Below, in pieces: positions 1 through 11,934 of a DNA stretch of 64,000 nucleotides; the stretch's first letter is position 1, and every line of letters starts with the position of its first letter. The DNA is from Sphyrna mokarran (Eukaryota). Under the pieces are notes generated by a model. The model did not search any database and was not told where the DNA came from. It saw only the letters and a list, made by a program, of their open reading frames with translations. The stretch lies in contig JAGIQG010000003.1 in the NCBI GenBank assembly GCA_024679065.1, positions 57,846,001 to 57,910,000 on the forward strand, written 5' to 3'. Made by a program: the position numbers and the translations under genes.

Positions 1-173
1 TTGCACAATTAACAGGATAAACCTCCCTTGTCTCTGTTCCAGAAAAAACCTGCATCAAGAGTCTCCCATTTAAGACAGAGATGAGAACAAAAGTAAAGTT
101 CTTGCCTTAATGTAGTTGCTCCAAATTTTTCCTTAAAGCAGTGAATCACATGCCTTTTACTTCTGCTTTCCAG

Positions 174-288
174 ATCCTGTTTCAAAAGCAAGGAATTGCT
201 GCCGGAGGTATTCCAAAAAAATCCCTGACTTGAAGAACATCCAGCAATACAAAGAACAGGATCCTGTCTGTACGAAGGATGCTGTATT
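174..288 (+). CDS. CC chemokine, internal (second-type) coding exon
   Basis: Polypyrimidine tract plus ttccAG acceptor before 174 and GTAAGT donor at 289; 115 nt with phase 1/2 boundaries typical of CC-chemokine exon 2; translates (x)PVSKARNCCRRYSKKIPDLKNIQQYKEQDPVCTKDAV(L) with adjacent CC and third Cys. Signal-peptide exon presumably lies upstream of the window. Confidence 0.92.
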
Positions 289-400
289 GTAAGTATTGAG
301 AACAGTTGCCCTCTCTGGAGTCTGACATTATGTAGCATTATTAAGAGGTTATGTCTTACATAGTTAATATTCTAATTAAACTTATTCTGTTACTTTTTAG

Positions 401-494
401 GCTCATGGTTAAGAACAAATGGATCTGCTTAAATCCAAACAATAAGAAAGTGAAGCAACTTGTGAAAGCATTTTCCCAGAAGATATCAGGCTGA
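401..494 (+). CDS. CC chemokine, terminal coding exon
   Basis: tactttttAG acceptor at 399-400; in frame with the previous exon: (L)LMVKNKWICLNPNNKKVKQLVKAFSQKISG* (TGA 492-494) with the fourth Cys in a C-x-N-P motif followed by a basic C-terminal helix-like segment. Confidence 0.92.
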
Positions 495-941
495 AGATGA
501 TATTGATTGCCAAATGAGGTCACGACAACAATCCTCAGATCAAGGAAATTTTTCAAAAATGCTTTTTCTTATTAATTGTGTCCTTTTCCACATTTTACAC
601 AAAGTCTGATGGGGCCAGAAAATTCACAAATGTAAGAAAAGTTCCACCATGTTAAAAGTTTGAACTGATCGCAGCTGAATTTGATGCTGCTTTTGATGTT
701 TCTACACATGAATGATTAACTTGTTTTGTTGTTTAATGTTACAAACATTGACAGTTAATAAGGTGTGTCAGTCTCTGTATGAACAACAAACAATTGCAAC
801 TTCCTTACAGGTTAAGAGTTGATCTTTTGCACACCCCCATCCAGTTTTCATATCTGGTCAACTGAAGATAGTGACCATTGTTGGGTATGTGCAATCATAG
901 AAGTCAAATACTTCAGGCGAGCAACTATGTGACCTGTATAG

Positions 942-942
<1 letters not shown>

Positions 943-976
<34 letters not shown>
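943..976 (+). repeat. (CA)n microsatellite
   Basis: Uninterrupted CA run downstream of the chemokine stop. Confidence 0.95.
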
Positions 977-978
<2 letters not shown>

Positions 979-1789
979 ATTCTCAGGCCATTCCCACAAT
1001 GGAAATCACAATCAAAATTGTCTTTTGTAAGAAAAACAATCTTCTGCCTTTCTGAACCAGGGCAAACATTGCACTTTATTAAATATGCCAAATTGTAACT
1101 TACTAACATATAAAACTTAAAATTCTTGTTTATGTAAACCATAGGTATCAAAACAATTGTCCTTTGCCATGTCCGCTTTTATTTAAAGGGAGTTCACTAT
1201 CAGGCAGTGATAAATCGTTTTTATCATGTTCACATATTTCATAAAGTGATAGAACAAAGTGAATGAGTGCCCCTTTAAGTTGACTCTCTTTCATAACCAT
1301 AACGGTAACTCTTTACTCTGCAATGCAGATTGAACTGATTGTTGATCTTTTTAAATTATTGTTTAATATGACTTCTATTTAACTGTATTTTCTAATAATT
1401 TCCCAAACTGTTAACTGCCATTATTTATTTTGCTTGTAATTTGCCTACATCTTGTTTATCAGATTTCTAATATAGTTCCTTGAATAGATTGCTTTTGTTG
1501 TCTATTATTTGCTACAACACAATATCGGTACTCAATGCCTCCTATATAAAATGACAAAAACACACAAAAAAAAGCAGGAGTTAGCCATTAGGCTCCATGT
1601 GTCTGGACTGCCAGTCAACAAGATAATGTCTGATCTGATTTGGACTTAACTCCACTTTCTTGTCTGTCCATTGCCCCTATAACCTTTGACTTCATTGTCA
1701 TCCAAGAAATTGTCTAATAGCCTTGAATATATTCAATATATTCAATATATATATAAGCTATAGTATGTGAGGACGTAGAAACTATCATT

Positions 1790-2686
1790 ATCACTTAAGA
1801 GCTGGTGTTGGGCCAGCTAATTGGGCTAAAGGTAGACAAGTTTCTTGGCCCTGACAAAATGCATTCCAAGGTACCAAAAGAGGTGGTGAGGGAAATAGCA
1901 AATGCACTAATGGTAATTTACCAAAATTTGCTGGACTCTGGGGTGATTCCCGCAGATTGGAAAACAGCAAATGTGATGCCATTGCTTAAAAAAGGGGGTA
2001 GACAAAAAAACTGGTAACTATAGGTCTGTTAGCTTAACTTCTGTCGTGGGAGAAATGCTTAAATCTATCATCGCTATTGATAGAAATAGCGAGACATCTG
2101 GATATAACTTGTCCCATTGAGAAGACGCAGCATGGACTCATGAAGGGTAGTTCATGTTTGACTAATTTAGTGGAATTCTTTGAAAGCATTACATGCACGG
2201 TGGACAATGGGAAACTGACATATATCTGGATTTCCAGAAGGCATTTGACAAGGTGCCGCACCAAAGGCTGCTGCATAAGACAAAGATACACAGTGTTACA
2301 GGTAATGTATTAGCAAGAATAAAGGATTGGTTAACTAACAGAATACAAAGAGTGGCGGTAAATGGGTATTTCTTTGATTGGCAATCAGTAACTAGTGATG
2401 TGCCTCAGGGATCAGCATTGGGACTGCAATCATTTACAATTAACAGAAATGAATTGGAGTTGGGAACCAAGTATAGTGACAGAGCAGACTTGATGGCCTG
2501 AATGGCCAAATTCTGCTCCTACGTCTTATGGTCAAAATTTGCAGATGACAGTAAGGTAGTGTAGAGAGGACATTGCAAAGGGATATAGATAGTCTAAGTG
2601 AGGGGATAAGCGTCTGTCAGATGGAGTAAAATGTTGGTAAATGTGAGGTCATCCATTTTGATAGGAATAACAGCAAAATGGACTAA
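1790..2686 (+). mobile_element. CR1/HER1-type LINE, degenerate RT fragment
   Basis: Frameshifted peptides GPDKMHSKVPKE, PADWKTANV, QHGLMKGSSCLTNLVEFFE, YLDFQKAFDKVPH, VPQGSALG, KFADD. Confidence 0.9.
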
Positions 2687-4794
2687 GCAGACAAAGGAGG
2701 CGCCATCGTCATACTGAACAGAACGGACTACTGTGAAGAAGTGTACCGACAACTAAACAATGTGAAACACTACAGACAATTACCAGCAGATCCAACCAAA
2801 GAACACACTCGTCAACTCAACACTCTGATCAAAACCTTTGATCCGGACTTTCAGAACAGCCTCCAGGCTCTCATTCCACGTACTCCCTGCATTGGAGATC
2901 TCTACTGCCTCCCAAAGATACACAAGGCAAACATACCCGGCCGTCCCATCATATCAGGCAATGGGACCCTGTGTGAGAACCTCTCTGGCTATATCGAGGG
3001 CATCCTGAAACCCATTGTACAAAGAACCCTCAGCTTTTGTCGTGACACTACGGACTTCCTACAGAAACTCAGCACACATGGAGCAGTTGAACCAGGGACA
3101 CTCCTTGTCACAATGGATGTCTCGGCGCTCTACACCAACATCCCCCATAACGATGGTATTGCTGCAACTGCCTCAGTACTCAATGCCAACAACTGCCAGT
3201 TTCCAGATGCAATTTTACAACTCATCCGCTTCATCTTGGACCACAATGTCTTCACCTTCAACAATCAGCTTTTCATCCAGACACATGGAACAGCCATGGG
3301 GACCAAATTCCCACCTCAGTATGCCAACATCTTCATACACAGCTTCGAACAAGACTTCTTTACCACACGAGATCTTCAACCAAGGTTATATACTAGATAC
3401 ATTGATGACATCTTTTTCCTTTGGACTCATGGTGAACAATCATTGAAACAACTGTATGATGATATCAACAAGTTCCATCCCACCATCAGACTCACCATGA
3501 ACTATTCTCCAGAATCAGTTGCATTCTTGGACACACGCATCTCCATCAAGGACGGTCACCTCAGTACCTCACTGTACCGCAAACCAACAGACAACCTCAC
3601 AATGTTCCACTTTTCCAGCTTCCACCCTAGACACGTTAAAGAAGCCATTCCCTATGGACAAGCCCTCCGTATACACAGAATTTGCTCAGGTGAGGAGGAT
3701 CGTGACAGACACCTCCAGACGCTGAAGGATGCCCTCGTGAGAACAGGATATGGCGCTCGACTCATCGATCAACAGTTCCGACGTGCCACAGTGATAAACC
3801 GCACTGACCTCCTCAGAAGACGAACATGGGACACGGTGGACAGAGTACCCTTTGTTGTCCAGTACTTCCCTGGAGCGGAGAAGCTATGACATCTTCTCCA
3901 GAGTCTTCAACATATCATTGATGACGATGAACATCTCGCTAGGGCCATCCCCACCTCCCCACTTCTTGCTTTCAGACAACCGCACAACCTCAAACAGATC
4001 ATTGTTCGCAGCAAACTACCCAACCTTCAGGAGAACAGTGACCACAATACCACACAACCCTGCCACAGCAAACTCTGCAAGACATGCCGGATCATAGACA
4101 TGGACGACATCATCAAACGTGAGGATACCATTCACCAGGTACACGATACATACACTTGCAACTCGGCCAACGTTGTCTACCTAATACGTTGCAAGAAAGG
4201 ATGTCCCGAAGCATGGTACATTGGGGAGACCATGCAGACACTACGACATCGGATGAATGAGCATCGCTCAACAATCACCAGGCAAAACAGTTCCCTTCCT
4301 GTGGGCGAACACTTCAGCAGTCATGGGCATTCGGCCTCCGACCTGCGGGTAAATGTTCTTCAAGGAGGCCTTCGTGACACACGACAGCGCAGAGTTGCTG
4401 AGCAGAGACTGATAGCCAAGTTCCGCACACATGAGGACGGTCTTAACAGGGATCTTGGCGTCATGTCACACTATCTGTAACCCCCGTAACTTGCCTGGAT
4501 TAGCAAAAAACCTCACTTACTGTGCTGTCTGGAGAAAATACACAATTCTCTAACCAATGCTCAGGATTCCCTTCACACACATTGTTTGCCACTTTAACAC
4601 TTGAATAGCAGGTTAGATGTAAGGATTCGCATTCTAATCAGCAATCTGTGACTGTCTGTGTTGATATGTGTGCTACTGCAGACCAGAACATTGCATTTGC
4701 CTGATGAAGACAGAAAGTCGAAAGCTCGCAAATTTGCTATCAAATAAATCGGTTGGATTTACAATTGGTGTTGCTAGATTCTTACTGAGTTCTT
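2687..4794 (+). mobile_element. Penelope-like retroelement (Neptune-type), 5'-truncated, RT + GIY-YIG endonuclease + 3' non-coding region
   Basis: One reading frame 2687-4480 with ADKGG, LPKIHK...GRPII, DVSALYTNIP, GTAMG, RYIDD, FLD, a Cys-rich linker PCHSKLCKTC, and VVYLIRC...WYIGET...R..EH...HF...H GIY-YIG/CCHH features; broken only by TGA at 3887-3889. Confidence 0.95.
4695..4733 (+). ncRNA. Minimal type I hammerhead ribozyme in the PLE 3' region
   Basis: ATTTGC-CTGATGA-A-GAC(AGAAA)GTC-GAAA-GC-TC-GCAAAT: 6-bp stem I, both core boxes, stem II hairpin, palindromic AGCT in place of stem III, UC cleavage site. Confidence 0.85.
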
Positions 4795-4810
4795 TCTGCA
4801 TAACAGCAGA

Positions 4811-5135
4811 GAACAAAGAACAAAGAACAAAACAGCATGGGAAACAGGCCCTTCGGCCCAACGAGCCCGCGCCGCCACCTCGATGTTCCCACTTCTACAT
4901 GCGATCCCTGTCCATGTATATAGATCTATGGATTAAAAACCAAATTTGAGACAATTTAGGGAGAATTTGTTTTGCCAATTAGCCTAAGAGCACATCTTTG
5001 GGATGTGGGAGGAAACCAGAGCCCCCGGAGAAAACCCATGCAAGCACGGGGAGAATGCGCAAACTCCCACAGACACAGGCCCAAATCCATGTATCTGCAC
5101 AGCACAGCTATAGTCACTGCGCTGTCGTGTTGCCC
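4811..5135 (-). mobile_element. tRNA-derived V-SINE (HE1-like) with CR1-type tail
   Basis: Minus strand: GGGCAACACGACAGCGCAGTG head, V-domain-like TTCTCCCCGTG...GGTTTCCTCCCACATCCCAAAGATGTG, GGGCCGAAGGGCCTGTTTC and (TTCTTTG)n tail. Confidence 0.85.
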
Positions 5136-5707
5136 ATCAGATGGTCCAGGTCAAGCATACACTAACGATGTAATCTCCCCATGCCTGGAGAGATGATTAT
5201 CTTTCAATTATTTTTCAGTTCTGTTATTTCTCTTCAACCCTGGCAGCACATTTGATACATTGAAACTATTGTCTGATTAAAATATCTACAATAAGGTCAT
5301 ATGCATGTCAACCACTACACCACAATGTCAGAAAAGAAGAGCATTTCCTCCAATTCGTCCTGTTTACTTACGTTTTGTAGCAAGTACAAGCTGCAAACTG
5401 ACTGTTACTACATCATCATTAAACGCAATCACATGAGTAATAATAACATTGTTTTTCATAAAATAAATAACTGAAACTTTTTCCTAAGCAACCAATTTAA
5501 ACTGCCCGTCCTGCGTATCATGTTGGTTCAGTTCCTGGGTGGATCATGTGCTGCTGCATGTAAGGTAGATAGACCGAAGAGATTTCAAGGCTAATCTATG
5601 ATTAAGGGTGAGTTACTTGTACTCTAAATTCCATGGGAAATTTTATTTCTGCTGTAACTTGGTGAGAGAATTAGGGAACATCTCAAATAAAGGATGTGCT
5701 GAGCCAT

Positions 5708-5903
5708 TCCACATCCCAAAGATGTGCTCTTAGGCTAATTGGTAAAACAAATTCTCCCTAAATTGTCTCAAATTTGGTTTTTAATCCATAGGTCTATAAA
5801 CATAGACAGGGATCACAGGTAGAGGTGGGAACATTGGGGTGGTGGTGCGGGCTCTTCGGGCCGCAGGGCCTGTTTCCCGTGTTGTTTTGTTCTTTGTTCT
5901 TTG
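5708..5903 (+). mobile_element. 5'-truncated copy of the same SINE subfamily, inverted relative to 4811-5010
   Basis: Reverse complement closely matches 4811-5010 (e.g. CTCCCTAAATTGTCTCAAATTTGGTTTTTAATCCATAG). Confidence 0.85.
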
Positions 5904-6420
5904 CTTTTCCATAGGTTGCGCTAATCTGTGGGACAATGCCAGTGGAAAGTCCAGGCAGGATAATGGAAGCATTTCCATAATTTGCCTCATCATGCATCAA
6001 GGAGTGAGTGGACCTCACTCCTATCCTGTCCAGTAGCATCTATTGTATTGATGGAATGGAATTACACACAGCAATGATGTTTTTAAAGCTGGAAGAGACC
6101 CTTTGAATAGACGTAATTTAGGGAATTGTCAATAATCTCCAGCAAATTTGCTCTTCTTATTCTCTGACTAATCTTTACCCGCTTTCCTTGTAGTTTGCAG
6201 CCAAGTGACTTTCAAATAGTAATGAGCAGTGTATACCAATTTCATGGATTTCAACTTTAAATGGAAAATCCATGCCCTTCATGGAATATTTATATTGTAT
6301 TCCTCATTCTTACCATTTCAAGTTGGCGCTTTTGCTTCATTTAATTTTGCTTCTTTTTGATGAACGATCAACTTAGGTGGTGTACCCTGCCCTGAAAGTT
6401 CAGTGGCATCTTCCCCTCAT

Positions 6421-6735
6421 ATAGAGTCATAGAATCCTACAGTGCAGAAGGAAACCATTCAGGTCTATACTGATGATAATCCAACCCAGCCCCTACCTCC
6501 ATATCCCCATGCATTTACTCTAGCTAGCCCCCCTGACACTAAGGGGCAACTTAGCATGGCCAATCCACCTAAAATGCACATCTTTGAACTGTCGGAGGAA
6601 ACCAAGGCACTCGGGGGAAACCCAAGTATGGCAGCAGGAGAACATGCGAACTCCACACAGAGAATGACTCAAGCCAAGAATCAAACATGGGTCCCTGGTG
6701 CTGTGAGGCAGCAATGCTAACCACTGTACCACCGT
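6421..6735 (-). mobile_element. HE1-like V-SINE
   Basis: Minus strand CACGGTGGTACAGTGGTTAGCATTGCTGCCTCACAGCACCAGGGACC head, V-domain and ATTCTATG-type tail. Confidence 0.85.
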
Positions 6736-7636
6736 GAATGAGGTTACAAATAGAGCTTTGAACTGAAACAGTTGATGAGGAGCGAACAGGAGAAGGGAGA
6801 TAAGGAAAGGGATAGGATGAAGCCTAAAGTGAAGAACAGTGGTAGAGCACTGTTACACTTTGAATAAAGATAAGAGCAGAAAAGGAAAAGACAAAGAGTT
6901 TATCAGTGATAATGCATCAGAGAATAAGATTCATGCAAACAAAAGGGATAAGAAAATAGAACTAAGTTCTCTGACTCAGATTTACCCCTCCGGGCCTCAG
7001 TCCCATGGCAGGGGCAGTTAGTGAGTGTGTTGTCTGCTGTGGAATCCAATGAGAAATTCTTCTGAATTGTACAATGCTGGGCTTATTAATGATAGAACAA
7101 AGAGTTTCTCAGTGTTGCCAATCCCGATTCAGCAGCACATACCTGGAAGCATTACTGAATTCAATGGCAGAAAGGATTGTCCTTTAGCTGAGGCATAGAA
7201 GGGAATGCTTTGTTGAAATCACCAACCCTGAATGGAAAGCTAACTGCATTCACCAAGGGACAACCCTACTGTGCAGAGAAAGGATGAATGATCTCATCCA
7301 CACTGCCATACTCATCACTAACAGGGAACTGGGACATAGACTTCAGTGCCAAGACTACTTTCTGTGCTGCTGTGCATAAAAGCATGCCTCACCCTGATGT
7401 GGTGATGTCCCTTAGTCCCATTGTGATCCATGAAGTCTGCAGGTAAAGAGTGGCTTTGACCATGCCACAAAGAAAATTAGAGGAAATTAGAGATGCATAT
7501 AACAAGAGTGCTTCAGGAAATATGGGGATTTTAATCCACGTGTACACTGGCCAACCATATTAGCAATAAGATAAAGGCAAGATACTACGGATGCTGGAAT
7601 CTGAACTAAAAAAAAAGAAATGCTAGAAAATCCCAG

Positions 7637-7835
7637 CTTGGGTCACTGTGGAGTGTGCACATTCTCCCTGTGTCTGCATGGGTTTCCTCCAGATGCTTGG
7701 GTTTCCTCCCACAATCCAATTTTGGACTATTCAAAGATGTGCGGGTTAGGTTGATTGGCCAAGCTAAATGGGGTTATGGTCAGTGCAGACTCAGTGGGCC
7801 AAATTGTCTCCTTCTGCACTATAGGATTCTATGAT
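7637..7835 (+). mobile_element. HE1-like V-SINE, 5'-truncated
   Basis: TTCTCCCTGTGTCTGCATGGGTTTCCTCC...GGTTTCCTCCCACA V-domain and TAGGATTCTATGATTC tail. Confidence 0.8.
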
Positions 7836-10244
7836 TCGACGACTTACACTTTTGGGGGCCCTGTGCTCTGCCTCAGTGGCCAGTGCAGGACAGAATGGGC
7901 TGGAAAAAGTGATGTGCAGCAGCAAATACTCCAATCAAGTGGAGTCCAATAGTCCAAATCCAACATCAGTGGTTTTGCTGGCAACTGGCAGGATTCGTTC
8001 TTTGACAAAAAGACTTTCTCTTGCCAGTATTGCGAGCAATGGAGGATGGCAGTTACTCACCAGTTATATCTGTTTGTATTTGACAGCCGTGGTATCAGAC
8101 CGGCAAACAGTGGTTCCATTTGAAAAACGGAATTTAACCAAGACAATATGGAAGAGGGACATATTTTAAGATTTCCTTGCTTCATCAGTTGTTTGCAACC
8201 TATGACAATTCAGATAGTTCTTTTCTGCACCTTTTCTTCACAAAATCATCAATAACATCATCATAGGTAAAATCTTGTAAGGATGCATTTTCAGTTGTTA
8301 GTGTTATTGAACTTGTAAAATGTTCCTGACTCATCATACTTCACAGATAATTTTTTATTGTTTTCAATACTGACAAAAAATGTTCAGTGGAAGCATTTAA
8401 GATAGATATTGTTAAAATATTTTCAGAAATGGTTTCTGAAATAACTTCTCAGAAGCTGAAGTCCTTTCACCAGATTCCCTTTATTTACAAACTCAATTTC
8501 ACTCCTAAAGTATTTCGCATACAACTTAGAACATTACAGCACAGAACAGGCCCTTCGGCCTTCGATGTTGCGCCGACCAATATAAAAAGCAATGCCCCTC
8601 CAAACTAAACCATTCCCTTCTCTTCCATATACTTATCCACTAACCTCTTAAACGCCACCAAACTTGGCGCATCTACAACTGCTGCAGGCAGGGCATTCCA
8701 CTCCCGAACTTAGAATCTAGAGCGTTAGTCATCTTGAGATATATATATATTTATAGTGAGACTCCCTGATTGGGCATACAATTGTTACCTCAATTAGGGA
8801 GCTCATACATCAAGAAGCCAATCTCATGGGCCTTACTGAGGTTATTACATTTGGAAATGTTACATATAAACCATCACATGCAAGTCTACACAGATCAGAT
8901 AATGATCTCAAAGCACAAAGCTCATCATTATTGATGAAAGGGATGATTTGTTTTACTTCCTCTTCAAAAAGATTTGTATTTATATCCTCCTGGTAGAATT
9001 GAGTTAGTTTTTACCATAATGGCAATTAGCATTTTTATCCAAACTTCTGTGGTAAAACACGGAAAATCATTTAACAGTTTTCTTCACAGTTGAACTTCTA
9101 CTCTGCAACTGCACCATTATTGTGTCACAAACACCACTGATAGTCTCAATGATGATTTTCCCTTTCCCTTTAAAGTGATTTCATTATTTCTAGTTTAATC
9201 AAAAAATAACTTTCTGCGTCTTTTATGCTTCTCATCATCAGATGGATCTGTATTCTTTGTTACTATTAGTGCCTCTGTTTCCGCTGAGATGTGTTGGGGG
9301 GAACTCTCCTATCTTGCAGGTGGTGGGGCAAATCATACAAAGCACTCAGGTGGGATTCTGTTATTTTGGAGCGAGCGCTGCTGGAGAATTCTATTCATCA
9401 GTTCCAATTTCCATAACAAAATTTCTAACAGAGGCTAAAATTTGTGAAGCATTCAATAAGGTTGTATCAACATTTTGTAGTAATTTGCTGACACCATTGG
9501 TTACAAAGAAAATGACAGCAAGGGAATAGGCCCTTTGGCCCTCCAAGCCTGCACCAACCGTATTGTCCAGTTGAACTAAAACTCCTTACCCTTCCGGGGA
9601 CCGTACCTTCTATTCCCATTCTATTCATGTATTTGTCAAGACATCCCTTAAGAAGTCACTATCATATCTGCTTCCACTACCTCCTCCAGCAACGAGGATA
9701 AACAGTTCTATCTTTGAGATAAACAGTATATAAAACAATAAAAATGACAATATTTTATCTTTCAAACTTCTCTGCTATGGATTTTGCTTCAGCTTTCACA
9801 CAGAATCTAATGTGGCTACATTTATTAAGCATTCCTTTATATTGACAAAGATCAGTTTTGAAAGGAAAACAGCATCTGTAAGAGCATCAAATGTTTTCCA
9901 TACACCTGCTCCAAATGTGATTGCAGTCTATTCCACCGATGCATGGAAACCAGAAAAAATACATCCAAGTTTTGAACAAATTCAAAAAAAATATAGAGCA
10001 GTGTCACATGATTCAGCTGCTGTGTCGCAGATAAAATTCAAGGAATGACTGGAACATAGGATGAATAATGCACAGGCCTCAGCCTCACCATCAATTACCC
10101 AATTCTCCTTAGCCTTGGTTGGATTCATATTAACACTGTTCACTCAACAACCTCGCTGTTCTGCTTGTTCATTGGCTATCTGGTTATGTGGCCTTCTCAC
10201 CTCAACTTCAGCTCATTACCCACCCATCTGAGGACATCCCCCAT

Positions 10245-10825
10245 TGTCCTTCAGAATGTGGTAGTGAACTGCCTTCTTGAAACATTACAGTGCATTGGTG
10301 TTGATCATCCACAGTGCTGTTAGGGAGGAAGTTTCAGGATTTTGACCCAGAGAGAGTGAATTTATGGCAATATATTTACAATCAGGATGATGATGGGCTT
10401 GGAGGCGAACTTCCAGATGGTGGCATTCATATATACTGCTGTCCTTGTCTTTCTAGATGATAGTGGTTGTGCATTAGGAAGATGCTGTTGATAAAGCATG
10501 GTGAGCTTCTGCAGTGAATCTTGTAGATGGTACACACTGCTACCATTGTTGGATGAAGGGTGTGAACATTGATGGATAGGGTGCCAATCAAGAGGGCTGC
10601 TTTATCCAGGATGGTGTCAAGGTTGAGTGTTGCTGGAGCTGCATTCACCCAGACAAGAGGAGAGTATTCAATCACGCTCCTGACATGTGACTTATAGGTG
10701 GTTAGTGAGCTTTAGGGAGTCAGGAGCTGAATTACTCAGTACAGGATTCATAGCCTTTGACCTGCTCTGGAAGCCGCAGTACTTATATGGCTAGTCCAGT
10801 TGAGTTTCTGGTAAATGGTAACCCT
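10245..10825 (-). mobile_element. CR1/L2-clade LINE 3' fragment
   Basis: Minus-strand peptide IEYSPLVWVNAAPATLNLDTILDKAALLIG (LINE RT C-terminal region); similar to 14475-15810. Confidence 0.75.
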
Positions 10826-11809
10826 TAAGAACCCTACTCATAGCCTGCCTCCCTAAGCCTCAATCTGTGAGCTGTCCGAACCTCTCTTTAACCAGAGTAT
10901 CTGTAGGGCTCCTGGAGACAAGCTGAGGATCAGAAAACAATCTTGAAGCACTATTTTGAGAGTTCTTTCAATCAGCTCGCCAGGATAATCCAAAATACTT
11001 CTGGCCTTCTGGCTCCTGACCTCCAATAGTATGTCAAGAGCCAAGAACGCTATTGTAACTTCCCAAACCAACAGCTCCGCACCATTGAATGATGCACCCA
11101 ATTCACTGAAGTCCAAAACACGATCTATTGCTTTGACCAGAACTGAGGTTTAGGGCCTACAAATATGATCTGAAACATGTTGGTGGTTTTCCAACCATAG
11201 TACACCAGTATATCTACAGAGTAGGAATAGACTTTGCATTGATTGGCCAGTTAGACTATCCTATACCCCTAAAATCGTCTTCAGAGATTATCTTCCAGGG
11301 TTATCTGGAATCTAGTGGAAATAATCCCAGCTATAAAGGGATGTGTATTCATCTAGAAAGCCTAATGTTCTGATCAATTATGAAGAATACACTGGAGGGC
11401 AGTGGATCTGTCTCATTCAATAACAACTTGCCTATATATTGTTTTCAACAGAGTAAAATATCCCAAGACGCTTCACAGGAATTTTATCAAATGAAGGACA
11501 TAAGGCAACGGCCAGAACTTTTGGGACATTCATGCCACCAGAAGCTTACGGTCCCACTGATGGCATACTCCAGCCATGTATTTTCCAATGCAAGGGGTTA
11601 TTTCAATGGAAAACCCTTTGAAATAACTAGAACATTCCACTGCCAAACAATGCTGCTGGAATATTTAAAACCAAATGCACAAGAAGCCAAATTGGAGGAG
11701 CAGACGAATCTTGGAATGTTATAGTAATGGAGGAGATACAGAGATACAATTCAAACATTGACATACTCAATTAATACAGCTTCCAAACTTCTATCCGCAG
11801 GCTTGTCAG

Positions 11810-11925
11810 CTGGGATTTTACCGCCCCACCTGCCACGGGAATCGGAGCAGGTGAGGATGGACCATAGAAAGGTACATAGACCTCAGGCAGGATTGTATGG
11901 TTTTAGGAGAAGCGAGGCCAGTCAT
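11810..11925. mobile_element. ~130-bp MITE family (Harbinger-like termini); other copies ~48662-48788, ~53484-53608, ~55818-55943
   Basis: Shared body (GGAATCGGAGCAGGTGAGG-like) and termini GG.ATTTTAC / GTAAAATCC.GCC across copies; this copy appears truncated at its right end. Confidence 0.55.
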
Positions 11926-11934
11926 TTTAGAGTC

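Noticed and set aside
9-556. Minus-strand ORFs of 109 aa and 66 aa
   Set aside because: Antisense shadows of the plus-strand chemokine exons; no recognisable motifs.
9242-9529. ORF starting MDLYSLLLLVPLFPLRCVGG (signal-peptide-like)
   Set aside because: No strong splice donor, no recognisable domain or partner exon; likely a chance ORF.
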